Below, one piece after another: positions 1 through 13,358 of a DNA stretch of 64,000 nt (positions are counted from its first letter, which is position 1; every line of letters starts with the position of its first letter). The notes under the pieces are model-generated. The model ran no database searches. It was given only the letters and a program-made list of their open reading frames with translations, and had not been told where the DNA came from. The stretch lies in NCBI GenBank assembly GCA_026770705.1, contig JANJGN010000002.1:214086001-214150000 (forward strand), written 5' to 3'. This DNA is from Isurus oxyrinchus (lineage: Eukaryota). The position numbers and the translations under genes are program-made.

Positions 1-150
1 TTTGACCACTTTTTCAGATATTCAAATAGTGCATTCCAGATCATAACAACTCACAGCTTAAATAAATTATGTTTCATTTCCCCCGGTTGCTTTGCCAATT
101 ACCCTTAAATCTGTGTCCTCTTGTTACCAATCCTCCTGCCAATGGAAAGT
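1..150 (-). mobile_element. CR1 LINE 3' fragment (decayed)
   Basis: Reverse complement reads ...AGAGGACACAGATTTAAGG...GTTGTTATGATCTGGAATGCACT, matching the CR1 ORF2 C-terminal GHRFK...VVxIWNAL region also seen at 54220-54300. Confidence 0.6.
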
Positions 151-599
151 TCCTCAGTCAGAGAAAGTTTTACCCTGTTGAATGTGTAAGGTAAAATAAA
201 TACATATATATAAATATGTACAATATATAATATATATTTAGTTTACTCTTATTTTTCTTGGGTTAAAATAAAAATAAGCTAAATAAACATTCTCCAAAAT
301 AGATGAATAAGTCAACAAAAAAAGGAATAAAGAAAAACAAACTTCCCATAGTGTAAAGGACGTGGTGAGTTCTGGAAGGCTTAGGGATTTGCCAATTCAG
401 GTTGGAAGGAATATTAGACAGACAAAGAGAACCTAAGTGATGAATAAGGCTAATAATATTCAGCATAACAGGAGGTCATTTCCACTTGTTTATTTTCAGT
501 TTGTATAAGGGGCACTGAAGCAGAAAGTCACTAATATTAAAACATTCTTTCAGTACCATAACAGTAAAAAATAAAAGGATACTTGTATATATTTAGGAG

Positions 600-830
600 C
601 AGACTGCCTTTAGCCAGTCTGGCCTATATGTGACTTTAGTCCTTCACCAACATGGTTGATGCTTAACTAAATTGAAGTGGCCTAACAAGACACTCAGTTA
701 TATCAAATTACTGCCAGTAGTTCAAGAAGATGGACTACCACCGCCTTCTCAGGGCAAATAGAGATGGACAATAAAATGCCAGTCTTGCTGATGATGCAGA
801 GAATGAATCAGGAGAATGAATTTTTAAAGA
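600..830 (+). mobile_element. SINE/LINE 3' tail fragment (same family as 7895-8295)
   Basis: Shares gtctggcctatatgtgact...ggttga..cttaact and agggcaaatagagatggacaataaaatgcc with the SINE copies at 7895 and 18945. Confidence 0.6.
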
Positions 831-1179
831 TCCCTTAAGCAACGTAATACATACAGATTGACTTTGCCTCTGGGACAAATGTAATGCATTAGACACTAGA
901 CAGGATAACGCTAACTCTCTGCCCAAATCTGTAATACTATTAATATCTTAGATAATCTTGTAGCATGGATATCAATAGGTGTGGTCAGGGATAAGCTTAT
1001 GCACACTAATAAATGTACAAAAATTACACATCAGTCAAATAAATGCAGGGCACAGGGAGGCTTAAAATGGAACCTGGAGCTTATAATACACACATCACTT
1101 TCACTTCCCAGATGTGGTGAAGGAATTTTCAGAAGGGGCTGTACTGGATAACTCGGTTATGTACCCAGAAGAATAGATT

Positions 1180-2330
1180 GCAGCCAGAAATTTCTGATCA
1201 TGCCCACTGGCAGGTGTAAATTGGACTGAGTTCCATCGCATTTAACCTCTGCCTAAGTTTCATATGTGGGTGACAGTTGCAGTGAAGCACCCGCCTCACA
1301 TGGGAAGAAATTCATTTTGTGCACTAAATATGGGCAAGGATATCCTGAATGCTATTTTATGATGTTCCAGTGTGTAGAAGGTCACTTTCAAATGACACCG
1401 ATGTAAAACAGGCATACTGTGTTGCTAGAAAATCAGCTGTAAGCAATGGTTGATTTAAAGTGCACAGTAAGTGAGCTGATACTGCTATTTTAAGGACATT
1501 TCTAGTCCACCTTTCTTTCTTTTCTAGTTTTTTAATTTCATTTTCTGTTGGCATTCTCATGGTCATTTGTGCCAATTATTCTATTTTATTTACTGCCAAC
1601 TACTCTAATGGTTTTCGAGTTGCAATGCTCTCTTCCTGGGGTGTTGGGAAGATGAGGAGGACCAACAAAGAAGGTGAAGCTTCACAAGAGGTCCCCTACA
1701 TCTATCCAGTCTTACTATATGGTCTTAGTGTACATCCATATCTACAGAGAGAGGTGAACATATCTTGTTGAGGCAGATAAAGATTGAATGTGGAGGCTCC
1801 TATTCCCAAACAAAGCTGTGCCAGCAGAACCAATGGCACCATGAACATACATGAATATCTGATTCATGATAAAGCTGGATGCTTCCTTGGAAGTCACTCC
1901 ATCACATTATCATAAGTTTTTGTGTGGCACTGCATGAAATTAAGCATTATGTCATGATTAACAGCCAGCATGCACTCAGCGCCATTAAGCGAAAAAAACC
2001 TCACCACCTATATCTGTGGGCAGCAGCACATCTACCTTGCATAGCCATGGAGAATGGTGATTACTGGGTCTGGCTCATTGGGGAGCCTGCTTCAAGGACA
2101 CTGCCTTGCAGCCTGAGCTAATAACAATAAAGGTCAGGTGTGACTTAAAGCTAAGCGCCACATCCTTGCAGACTAATTTCAATGGTGAGCTATCAGGGAT
2201 GACTGCTGCGGAGTAGTGTGCAGAACCCATCCTCCACATAATCACCTCATGCAGCACTGCCTCCACTTCAGCAGCCATCAACTAGGAGGTCAGGCTGGTC
2301 CATCGTTAGCCTGCAAGTTGTGCTTTCTCT
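1180..2330. mobile_element. Possible very old PIF/Harbinger remnant
   Basis: Faint Myb/SANT-like AAEVEAVLHEV on the minus strand near 2250 and transposase-like CVALH on the plus strand near 1925; heavily decayed. Confidence 0.3.
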
Positions 2331-2429
2331 CATTTCATTTTATTTCTCTGCCATACTCACCTGATTATAGATGGATTGAAGGCCTATATACTCTCGTAAA
2401 ATACTTTGTTTTTTTCACCAAAAGATTCA

Positions 2430-2820
2430 CAAGCATTAGAAAGGATATAGAAAAGATCAACAAGGCTGGTTCCAATGGGAGCATGCATGAAGAAAGACTC
2501 CAATAGTTTAGGCTTTGTGGCCTGAGAAGGAGGTGCTCGAGGGAGGATTTCAATTAAGTATATAAACTATTATATGTTATAGATAAGCTGAACCCAAATT
2601 ATTCTGTATATACCAAGAAAGTAGGGCCAGAGAAGACTTGTGAAAGTAAGTTCAGAATAGATATTCTGAAAAATGCAGGTTTGGAATAATCTGTCAAACC
2701 AAAAAACATCAGGATTATACAAAACCCAACTGGAGGTACAGTGAGAAAGTTAGTGTAATAGAGGGATGAGATTTAATTGGCCAGATGGCCTTTTTTCATT
2801 TCTAATTTTTCTTATGTCAC
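2430..2820 (+). mobile_element. CR1 3' fragment (old)
   Basis: RKDIEK...EERLQ-like sequence, ctgagaaggaggtgctcgaggggaggatt, and a tail ending ggccagatggccttttttcatttctaattttttcttatg. Confidence 0.55.
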
Positions 2821-3421
2821 TAAATTTTGTTGCATACTGCTGGTACCTGGTTTTAATGTGTATAATGTTTAGTGTGTGTTATATATTACTGATCCGGATT
2901 GTATAACAGTCATTCTATTGTATGGAATTCTCTGCTTGAAATTTGAAGCTGAATTAGGTGGTGTTTAGAGCCTCTTTAGACCAATGCTGGAAGTTGTAAC
3001 CTTGTAACCTTGTTAATCCTTGGTATATATGTTCCAGATTTTAATCTGTCATCAGTTGTCTGCTTCGGTTTTTCATCCTATTTTACTCCCTGTTATTACT
3101 GATGCAGAACTGTGTAATATTGTTCCACACAGAGACTAAAAACAATGGTTACCTCCAGTCAACCAGCTACAGGCAGTGAGACTGCCCAATCCAGATAATT
3201 CCACTTCATTAGATTCTACTAGGTTTAAAAACATATCAATACTTGCTGAAAATACACTGGATTATGGGAACAAAAACTGCTTGTCAGGCCTGCATCATTG
3301 TGCTAGAGGTTGTGCAAAGGCTTTGTCATGTCAACGGAAAAATAAGGCAGAACCTTTCGGTCACGCCAGCAACGGGAATCGTGGTGAGCAGAGGCAGTTA
3401 ATTTGGTGGGAGGCAACAAAA

Positions 3422-5465
3422 TCCATTTCCTGACGGTTGGGATACGAACAGTGTGAAGGGCAGAGAGGGTGCAAAATTCTTGAACTGCATTCAAGAGAAC
3501 TTTTTTAGCCAGCATGTAACAAGCCCATTGAGAGAGAATGCAATTCTAGATTTAGTCTTGGGAAACGAAGCTGGGCAGGTGGATGAAGTAGCAGTTGGGG
3601 ACCATTTTGGAGATAGTGACCATAATATTGTTAGATTTAGCATCATTATGGAAAAGGACAAAGAGAGAGCAGGAGTTAAAGTTCTAAATTGGGGGAAGAC
3701 AAATTTTAAAAAAGCTGAGAGGTGAGCTGGCGAAAATGAACTGGATACAGCTATTAGAAGGAAAAACTCTGTCAAATCAGTGGGAGACGTTTAAGGGCGA
3801 GACTCTAAGGGCACAGTGTAGAATTGTCCCCACAAAGAAAAAGGGTGGTACTGCCAAACCTAGAGCCTCCTGGTTATCCAGAAGCTTACAGGCCAAGATA
3901 AAGCAGAAAAAGAAAGCTAATGACAGTCACAAAAGACTTAATACTGTAGAAAGCCTAGAGTAGTATAGAAAGTACAGGGGTGAAGTAAAAATTTAAATTA
4001 GGAAAACAAAGAGAACATACGAAAATATACTGGCAGGTAAAATCAAAGAAAATCCTAACATGTTTTACCAGTGCATTAAGAGCAGGAAAATAACTAAGGA
4101 AAAGGAAGGGCCTATCAGCGAAGTGTACATGGTAATGTGTGGGTTGATGCAGAAGATACGGGAAGGGGTCTCAATGAGTACTTTGTCTCTGTCTTCACTA
4201 AGGAGAGGGATGATGCAGCCATCCTAGTTGAAGAGGGGGAGTGTGAAATATTAGATACAATAAGCATAGAGGGGAAGTACTGGAGGGACTAGCATCCTTA
4301 TAGGTAGTTAAATCACCAAGGCAAGATGGGATTGCATCCTAGGCTGTTGAAGGAAGCCAACAAGGAAATAGGGAATACTCTGAGAATCACTTTCCAAGCA
4401 TCACTAGATACAGGGGAGGTCCCAGAGGATTGGAGATCTGCGAAATTGTACTGTTATTTAAAAAGGGTGCAAGAGGTAGGCTGGAAAATTATAGACTAGT
4501 CAGTCTGACTTCAGTGGTCGGAAAATTATTGGAAACAATTCTGAGAGACAGGATAAACTGTCACTTAGAAAGGCACAGATTGATCAGGGATAGTCAGCAT
4601 AGTTTTGTTAGGGGAAAATCGTATCTTACTAACTTAACAGAGTTTTTTTGAGGAAGTAACTAGGAGGATTGATGAGGGTAGTGCAGTGGACTTTTCCAAA
4701 TGGATTTCAGTAAGGCATTTGACCAGGTCCCACATGGCAGACTGGTTAGGAAAGTGTGATCTCATGGGATACAAGGAAAGGTGGCAGGTTGGATCCAAAA
4801 TTGGCTCAGCGACAGGAAACAAAGGGTAATGGTCGATGGATGTTTTTGCGAATGGAAAACAGTTTCCAGTGGTGTTCCACAGAGCTCAGTGTTGGGACCT
4901 TTGCAGTTTGTTGTATATATTCATGATTTAGACTTAAATATGGGAGGCACGTAGGAAATTTGCAGACGACACAAAAATTGGCCATGTAGTTGATAGTAAA
5001 AAGGATAGCTTCAACTGCAGAATGATATCAATGGTTTGGTTGAGTGGATGGAGAAGTGGCAAATGAATTCAATACGGGAAAGTGTGAGGTAATGCATTTG
5101 GGGAGGGCCTAGATAGGGTAGACAGTAAAGACTTGTTTCCCCTAGCTGAGGGGTCAGTTACTGGGGCCATAGATTTCAGCTGATTGGTAGAACAATTAGA
5201 GGGGAAAGGAGGAAAACTTTTTTCACCAGAGGCTGTTGGGCGTCTGGAATTCACTGCCTAAGTTGGTGGTTGAAGCTGAAACACTCAACTTATTTAAAAG
5301 GTACATTGATCTGCACCTGATATCCTGTAACTCTGAAGGCTGTGGATCAGGTGTTGGAAAGTGGGATTAAAATCAACGGCTAGTTTCTTTTTTCTCTTTT
5401 AGGCTGGCACAGACACAATGGGCTGAATGGCCTCTTTCTGCACTGTAACTTTCCCATGGATCTAC
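3422..5465 (+). mobile_element. CR1 LINE, 5'-truncated, disrupted ORF2 (APE endonuclease C-terminus + RT)
   Basis: ORF fragments FLNCIQENFFSQHV..AILDLVLGNE..HFGDSDHN (EN) and ENYRLVSLTSVVGKLLETIL..SQHSFVRGKSYLTN (RT); GVPQ.SVLGP and FADDTK motifs; CR1-type 3' tail gggctgaatggcctc near 5420. Confidence 0.9.
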
Positions 5466-7254
5466 GGCAGGCTAAACTGTTTGAATTCTGTTCGCCCGAC
5501 TTTCAAGGCGGGTTAAAGATGGGTCGAGCTTGCTGCCAAAAAATATCGGGAACCCTATTTGCATGCCACCTTGTTGAAATTAAGTTCGCCCTCTAACATA
5601 AGCTCCCTGCCAGCGAGGATTGAGAACGTTCAGTTTTACGGCTGCAGGTAAGTGGCGTGCACCTGGCAAGCTTCACCTCCTCCATGATTTTGAAGTTAGT
5701 AGATGCTGCTTTGTCCTTCTTGGGGACCACACATAACTTCACTCATACTGAGTGCCGTTAGCTAAAGCTGCGCCAAGGCTGGTTACAGGAGGCAGGCTGA
5801 GTGGGGAAGAGAGGGCAGGGAGTGTCCTGGGAAGTGGGAGGGAATAGAGTGTCCTAGAGGGTGGGGATGATAGTGTCAATGGTGGGGTCCTGGGGAATAA
5901 ACCCGGGGTGCTGGTGAGAAGGGGTAACTGTCACAGTCAGAGGGGTGACTGGGATGTGGTAAGGTGGCAGGTCCAGGGTGAGAGATTGGTAGGTGAAAGT
6001 CTCCTGCGGGGTGGGGGGGGGTGGATGTCAAAGAGGGGGTCTAGACAGGTGGCTCGAATAATGGGAGGGATCAGGATCAGGATGGGCTTGGAGATGGTAG
6101 CGGGTGTCAGCTCTTAGGGGAGAGAAAATATGTGGGGATAGATGGTAATAGGGTCCAGGGTAACAGGGGGAGGTTCAAGGGTGACAGAGGGGAGAGGAAT
6201 GATGATATTGGGTGGGTCAAGGGTGATGGTGGGAAGTTGGTGGGTGACAGGGGGAGGGGGATGGCAGCCAACTCCCAACTCCAAACCTCTATCCTCCCGA
6301 GTGAATGGTCCTGACTGACCAGGGATCATGTGGTTAGCCTTTCTATGCTACCAGGGCAATGGTCTCTCTATAGAGTCTCGAGGGTAGTGGTGGTGAGTTG
6401 AGTAGTGTCAGAGGGAGGCTTCTTGCACATGGCTTTCATGACCCTGGTCAAAGAGCAATGTCTCCACACGCAGTTATGTGTGAATGGGCAGAACACCTAT
6501 CTCTGGTCCTCCAGGGTGTCCTTCACCTGGAAGTGGCAGGGTGGGGATATCATGTCTAGATGGAGACCAGGCAAAAGGGTTAGCACTAGCCTGCTGGCTC
6601 TGAGATGGAGGGAACCCTGTAAAGGACATGCTCACTGAATGTACCACTTCAATTCATTCACAGATCCGCTAAGGGGTCAATGATACAAGCTGCAGGCAGC
6701 CCTGCCTTGGTACTGGCTCTCATCCAGATGAGGAGAAGGAGGGCCCATTGCTGGTCGGCACAGGGCCAGGAGGAGCAAGGCCCTGAGCAGGAAGAAGCAG
6801 CAGGGCCTCAAGAAGGTCAAGATGCTGGTGAACAGGGTCCACTGTAACAGTGACCTTTCGCCCGACCATTGTAGCTGGTGTTCTTATCAAGAAATGAGCG
6901 AGTGGCAATGCCAGAGGTGCCTCTGTATGTCCTGGGACGTGGTTGCTCACATCTGCCAGCTTCACCAGAATGAGCTGCGGCCGCAAGAACTTTGGAAGAG
7001 TAATGCAGAGCGTCTGGCCTGTATTGTTTGAAAGGCTGGCCGGGTGCCAGGACCTTTGACCCCATGAGGTACCAGTTGGGCAGGTGACTTCCTGCCCACC
7101 CCACCATGAGGTTCACCGTACTCCTCGTGGATACACAATTAATGAGCTGAACAGCAGAAGATCGCATGTGTTTAGCCATCCTGCAGTTTAGCGGCAATCA
7201 TCCCAACTTTCCCACCCACCACAGGTCTAGACTCCAGAATAGAAGGTTCCAGCC
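5466..7254 (+). mobile_element. PIF/Harbinger deletion derivative with transposase N-terminal remnant
   Basis: ORF 6822-7031 SYQEMSEWQCQRCLCMSWDVVAHICQLHQNELRP resembles the HARBI1-type transposase N-terminus (compare MSRDLVHHICLIL at 42332); right end gaaggttccagcc is TIR-like. Confidence 0.55.
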
Positions 7255-7299
7255 ATAGATAGAAATATTGGTGTTCATATGTATATTCAGGCACACCCA

Positions 7300-7670
7300 C
7301 ATAACAACAACATCAACCTGTATTTAAATAGCATCTTTAACATAGTAGGACATCCCAAGGTGCTTCACAGGAATGTAATCAAACAACATTTGATGCCATG
7401 CCACATGAGATAGTCGGACAAAAGCTCAGTCAAAAGGATAGGTCTCAAGCAGCATTTTGAAGGAAAAGAACAAATCAGAGAGACGGAGAGGTATAGGGAG
7501 AAAATTTTCAGCTTAGAGCCTAGGCAGCTGAAGGCATGTCTGCCAACAGTGGAGTCATGTAAACCAGGGCTGTAGAAGAGGCCAGAATTGAAGTCGTCTC
7601 AGGGGCTTGTAGGACTTGAGGAGGTGACAGAGCTAGGGAGGGGTGAGTCCAAGGATGGGTTGGAAAACAA
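7300..7670 (-). mobile_element. L2-type LINE 3' end
   Basis: acaacaac..tgtatttaaatagcatctttaacatagtaggacatcccaaggtgcttcacag is the reverse complement of an L2-type tail; same family as 17930-18490. Confidence 0.6.
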
Positions 7671-7890
7671 TATATATATGTATACACACAGATACATATA
7701 TGTACATTCAGACTCCTATGTGCCAATGTACATACATGTTTACTGGTACCTGGTTCATATATGTAAGCACATAAGCAGAGACCAACAATATGGATACACA
7801 TACAATCATACGTACATGTACACACACAAATTGTTTCCCATGTAACCACACATGCATGTTTTAGACATACATGTACTCATATGTGCATTA
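7670..7890. repeat. Degenerate TA/CA/TG-rich low-complexity tract
   Basis: tatatatatgtatacacacagatacatatatgtac... alternating purine-pyrimidine sequence. Confidence 0.65.
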
Positions 7891-7894
7891 CATA

Positions 7895-8295
7895 GGGGAG
7901 GTGGTGTTAGGGTGTTAATATCACTGGATTACTAATTCAGAGGTTCAGGCTAATCCTTTGGCAATATGCATCGAAGCCCATTATGGCAGCTTAACTTAAA
8001 AATTCAATTAATAACTCTGGAATTGAAAGTTTAGCTTCAGTAATGGTGACCATAACAACTATCATCGACTGTTGTAAAAACCAATCTGGTTTACTATTGT
8101 CCTTTAGGGAAGGAAATCTGCCATCCTTACCCAGCCTGGCGTGCGTGTGACTCCAGACCCACAGCAATATGGTTGACTCTTAACTACCCTCTGAAATGGT
8201 CTAGCCAGTCACTCAGTTCAAGGGAAATTAGGGATGGGCGACAAATGTTGGTCTTGCCAGCGATGCCCACATCCCACGAAAGAATAATAAAAGAA
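7895..8295 (+). mobile_element. tRNA-head SINE with LINE-derived tail
   Basis: Degenerate tRNA-like head, core ctggtttactattgtcctttagggaaggaaatctgcc, and tail agggatgggcgacaaatg..gatgcccacatccc followed by an A-rich end; an antisense paralog lies at 18945-19278. Confidence 0.75.
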
Positions 8296-9523
8296 AAACA
8301 GGTTTGAACCTGCATGCACGGTAAAAGTTTACGCTTGCATGCAGGCTAATAAATCCATCTACATTTAAAAGCATCTCATAACTGGATCTTAATGTTTTTG
8401 AAGCAGCCTGGATAGACTGCAAACTCACAGAGAGTGGTCTTTTGTGCTTAATAAGCAGAGTCTCTAGTGAAACAGCAATTGTGCCCCAATTTCTACTACT
8501 GTCAGACAGTTCTTAACTTGCGAGGAGCCACTTGAGGAATGAGTACCTTAGACCAAAGCACTGTTCATCCTGACCTAATTAAAATACAAGAAACTTTCTA
8601 GATGTTCTGGCACTCAGGATTTAAAAGGAGGTGACTTCAAAAAATCTGACCTACAAATTATTTAAGAGTTACATATTTAAGCTTTCCAAAAGCATGTGAC
8701 AGACCATGAAGTAGGTCAGAATGAAGTACGCTGCTTTTAGCAGGTCATGGGTTCATGAGAATTCAGAATGTTACATTATTGCTGCTTTAGAAAACATTTG
8801 AAAATCAAAGCTGATATATTTTTTCTTTTGACAATCATATTCATGCAATTTACTCAATTTTCGTGTACCTAAATATTTCAGGTGCACAGGCGTAGCTGAT
8901 AATGAAGATTCAAGTGTACTGATGATTATGGTATTGTACGTGGATTTGGGTTTAGGCATATCAACCACATGATTGTCAAGCTTGCTTTCAAATTCCTCTA
9001 TAACCTCACTCCATGCCTCCCTTAGTGACCTCCTCCTCCGGCCATTTAATTCTGCTGGAACTTTCTGTTTGTCAAACACCACCTTACTCCCTCCGCTTCA
9101 TTATTTTACACTTCTGTACTTACTTCACCTTGATACCTCCTTCCCTCTTTTCTAAAACCTCCTTAAAATCCTTCTCTTTAACCTGGTCTTCCATTCCCTT
9201 AATGCTTCATGTTTTTTCCTTTACCTCCACTCACTATGAGTTTGCAGTCTATCCAGGCTGCTTCAAAAACATTAAGATCCAGTTATGAGATGCTTTTAAA
9301 TGTAGATGGATTTATTAGCCTGCATGCAAGCGTAAACTTTTATCATGCATGCAGGTTCAAACCTGTTTTTCTTTTATTATTCTTTCGTGGGATGTGGGCA
9401 TCACTGGCAAGGCCAACATTTGTCGCCCATCCCTAATTTCCCTTGAATTGAGTGACTAGCTAGACCATTTCAGAGGGTAGTTAAGAGTCAACCATATTGC
9501 TGTGGGTCTGGAGTCACACGCAC
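8141..9523. repeat. Inverted duplication: 297-bp arms at 8141-8437 and 9227-9523, spacer about 790 bp
   Basis: The arms are near-identical reverse complements (ORFs 8228..8428- and 9209..9436+ give the same peptide) and include about 140 bp beyond the SINE tail. Confidence 0.92.
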
Positions 9524-11485
9524 TCCATATGTCGCATCTGACTTTTCCCATAATATTAAGCAGTCTGAAGCAATTTCCTATATGTGAGCAGCACTCTTTC
9601 ATCTATATATTGTATATATTATGGGCTTGAAGCTGATTATAATTCTAGCCCCTTTTTGGGACAATTCTAGATCAGGCATACTCCTCGGATGGTTACTCTC
9701 ACTTTAGCTTGAGAAAGACAGGCCTCACAGACATTCAAATGGGTCTGAAGAACTGATCTAACTCTCTCCAAAGGAAATGAAACACCTGAGAATAATACCG
9801 TCCTCCAGATAGCCTTTTTAAATACATTTTAGCTAGATTATAAAAACTTGGAGACTATAAGGGTTCAGGCATTGCTCCTGAACAATGTACCTCTCCACTG
9901 AAGAGTGTACGGAGATGGGTTCTCGAGGTTAGATACGGAAGACTATATGAGGCTATATATTTTCTAAATTATATAAAAGCTTATTAAAGAATCAAACATA
10001 CAATTCACTTTTAATGGCAATTCAATCACAACATTGATAATTCTAGGAAAAGAAAGTATAATCTTGTTTCTAACAGAAAATCCATGTCTTATTAATATTA
10101 CAGAGTTAAAGTAATATTTATCTTAAATCCCAAAGTAGAAAGCTACCGAGTCTAGTAAGATAACTCCATTTCAATTAAGGGGAGAACTATCATCACAACA
10201 CTATAGCAACTACGCCTTTCCCTTTAGAGGTGCTGGAGTGAATCCAATTAGTCTAAAAATCCTTATCTGTGGCTCCAAAATTTATACCGTAAAAGAACTG
10301 AACCAGCAGGAAGTATGTGGAGCACTCGTGCTGGACAACACCCTTTGTATTCATCAACATCCTTCATATTAGTCAACATCCTTCAAGCAAACAGGATACT
10401 GAGAGGTGCAGATGGTTGTCACTACACTCCGTTTCCATGATTCAGTTGACAAGTTATTTAGGGTCAACCTTAAGGTTATCCTTTGTTAGACTGTAGTATC
10501 TTACAATTTATCAATGCCTTGCTGAGGTGATGTAGAACCCAGTTCCTGTTTTTTTCAGGACTGCCTTGTGTTAGAGGATTTACCATATTCTATGCCACAG
10601 GATGTTGTTGTCCTTGAGCACACAATTGTGTCCAGGCATGTTTATGAACTTTATAAATGTTTGAACCTTTATCCAGCAGATTAACTCTGCTTTTCATAGG
10701 AGAATCACTCTTTTTAAATTTATACCTCCTTGTAGCTGGTTTCTCTTATAACTCCATATTTATAGCTGCATTCCTTCACAGGCTGACAAACAAATGAGAG
10801 GGACTGCAAGGAATAGATTGAGTGACTGATAGGCTGGAGATTGAGCAACTTATACATACGTTCAGAGGACAAGAGACTGGGAGCTACAGTAGACTGAGCA
10901 ACAGGGCAATTAGGAATAGCTGGCTGAAAATTAAGGAACTCAAAGCAGCATGAGCTGCATAAATGCAAGTATTTCTTTCTTACAAATAAGTTTTTAAAGG
11001 TAAAAAGGAGAGGTACCTTAAAGCAGGAGCAGAAACTGAACATTAGAAGATAAGAAATATTGTGGTACATCTTTAACACAACAAAAAAATCACTGCAGCA
11101 GCTGGCCATTTGACCCCTCGAGCCTGTTCCGCCATTTAATAAGATCATGGCTGATTTTATTGTGGCCTTAATTCCACTTTCCTGCTGCCTCCATAGCCCT
11201 TGACTCCATTGTCGATTAAAAATCTAACTCAGCCTTGAATATATTCAATTACCAGCCTCCACTGCTCTCAGGGGTAGATAATTCCAAAGGTTAATGACAC
11301 TTTGGGGGAAGAAGTTCCTTCTCATCTCTGTCTTAAATGGGAGATCCCTTATTTTGAAACTATATCCCCTAGTTTGAGATTTCCCCACGACAGGAAACAT
11401 CTTCTCAGCATCTGCTCTGTCAAGACCCCTCAGAATCAGATATGTTTCAATAACAACCTCTCATTCTTCTAAACTACAATAAGTA

Positions 11486-12248
11486 CAGTAAGTCCCTGCC
11501 TAAAGTTGACTCAGTTAACATTGTTTCACTTTAACAATTTATTGTGAGGTTCACAAGAACAACATTTGTCACGAACTTCCTATTTAGTGGCCTACATGCA
11601 CACATGACATTTTCCCCAGCGCTTTAGCTCCTGCCCTCCATCCTGAAGTCCGTCTCCACCCTCCCCCCAACCGCCTCCGGGTCTCATTCCCACTCTCCAT
11701 TCTTACCTTTAAAGTACCCTGTGTCTGTTGCCACCACCGGGGACTTATTCAGCTGCTACCTGCACTCACACATTTCTGCCACTAGATGGGGCATGGACAA
11801 TCCGAAACCCGGTGAGTGTAACTCTTTTTACATTTATTTACATTTACTGTATATTGTATTTTTTAGAAATATTTTTAGATTTATTTTATTTTAGAGGTCA
11901 TTTCATTTGTCTGTGGGCATTTAATGTTTTTTTCTGCTGAGAAAAGCCCTAAAGTACCTAACTATACAGTATTTCTTTCATATTTAGGGATTTATTTTAT
12001 TCTGTAAGTTATTGCAGCTAGGAACGCACAGTGCTGCACCAGTATTTCAACCTGTACATTGTTTTCTCTAGGCGAGAAGTGTTCCAAGGAACCTAACTCC
12101 AGTTTTAACACTGATTCCTATGGGAATCTACGATTCACTTAAAACCATCTAAGTTGCATTTTCAGGAATTCAGCTACAAATTTAAGTGGATTTTGTTAAT
12201 TTAATTTATTTGGTTGGACTCAAAAGAGTTACAACCTTAAGTGCGGAC
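11486..12248. mobile_element. Tigger/pogo-like non-autonomous DNA element inside CR1
   Basis: Starts TA|CAGTAAGTCCCTGCCTAAAGTTG; right end caaccttaagtgcggac is a partial inverted match with the terminal bases lost; interrupts colinear CR1 sequence. Confidence 0.5.
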
Positions 12249-13066
12249 GAGCTGCTCAACCTACTTTGTAAGACAATCCCTTCATCCCAAGAATCACCCG
12301 AGTGAACCTTCTCTGAACTGTCTCCAATGCAAGCGTCTCTCTCCTTAAGGAGACCAAAACTGTACACAGGAGTCTGGGTCTGATCTCATGGCCTATTCAG
12401 GTGTAACGATATTTTTCTATTTTTATCCTCCACCCCCGTTACAATAAAGACTAACATTCCATTTGCCTTTCCAATTACTTTGCTGTACCTGCATGCTAAC
12501 CTTTTGGTGATTCATGTACAATGGCACCCAAATCATTCTGTACCTCAGGATTCTACAGTCTCTCTCCTTTACAATAATGTTCTGCTTTTCTATTCTTCCT
12601 GCCAAAGTGGACAACCTCACATTTTCCCACGTTATGCCCCACCTGCCAAATTTCGGCCCACTCATTTAGCCTATCCAAATCCCTTTGCAGACTCTTTGGC
12701 CGGAATTTTCCATCCCCATTGGTGCCTGGTGTATTGGGAGCATGAGTGGACAATATGGCAGGAAGGCCAAAAATTGGTTTCAAGACGTTGTGAAGCCAGT
12801 TTGCGATCATCTGCTCAGCCTGTCAGTGGTGGGCCACCTCTCCCGTCACCGCACATCGGGAATGTAATTTTAATACATCTGCATATAATTATAAGCCCTG
12901 CTCGCCGGAATCATCCCCCCAAACTGGATCATCAAGGCACGTCAGCGGTAAAACACGCCAGCGCAGAGCACATCTTGACAAGTGTGACGTACAGAAGTCA
13001 GGACTTACTGTTAGGGCCTTGCTCACATCATGGACATCCAAGGAACGGATGCCACTGGACCCTGGA

Positions 13067-13358
13067 TGTGGTAATCTGTGGTGCAATACACCTTTAAGAG
13101 AATGTGAGCAGATTGACCACATGACTGTATGACCCTATAGCTGTAAAGTGTGGGCTACAATGTTAATGTTGGTCTAGAGTAGGGTCTGGTTGGAGAAGCA
13201 CACATCATGTTAGTGCTATGCTGTCTGTGTAAATAAATAACATGTGCTTCATCTCACATTGATCTCTGCGTTTGCAGTATATTGTTATCAACTCACCCGC
13301 CAACAGATAAGCCTGCAACCAGTTTGCAAGCAAAGTCACCCCACAGTAGAACATAGCA
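13067..13358 (+). mobile_element. Solo LTR (Gypsy-like) inside Harbinger copy A
   Basis: TG...CA ends, 5-bp TSD ctgga/ctggt, internal AATAAA; absent from paralogous copy C at about 58400. Confidence 0.7.

Noticed and set aside
7895-7990. tRNA gene
   Set aside because: Degenerate SINE head continuous with the SINE body; no complete cloverleaf evident.
8228-9436. Two near-identical small ORFs (MSLQSIQAASK...) as duplicated genes
   Set aside because: By-product of the inverted duplication; half of each is antisense SINE tail.
10720-11148. 142-aa minus-strand ORF
   Set aside because: Starts within the CR1 3' tail and continues through AT-rich sequence with no domain signature.
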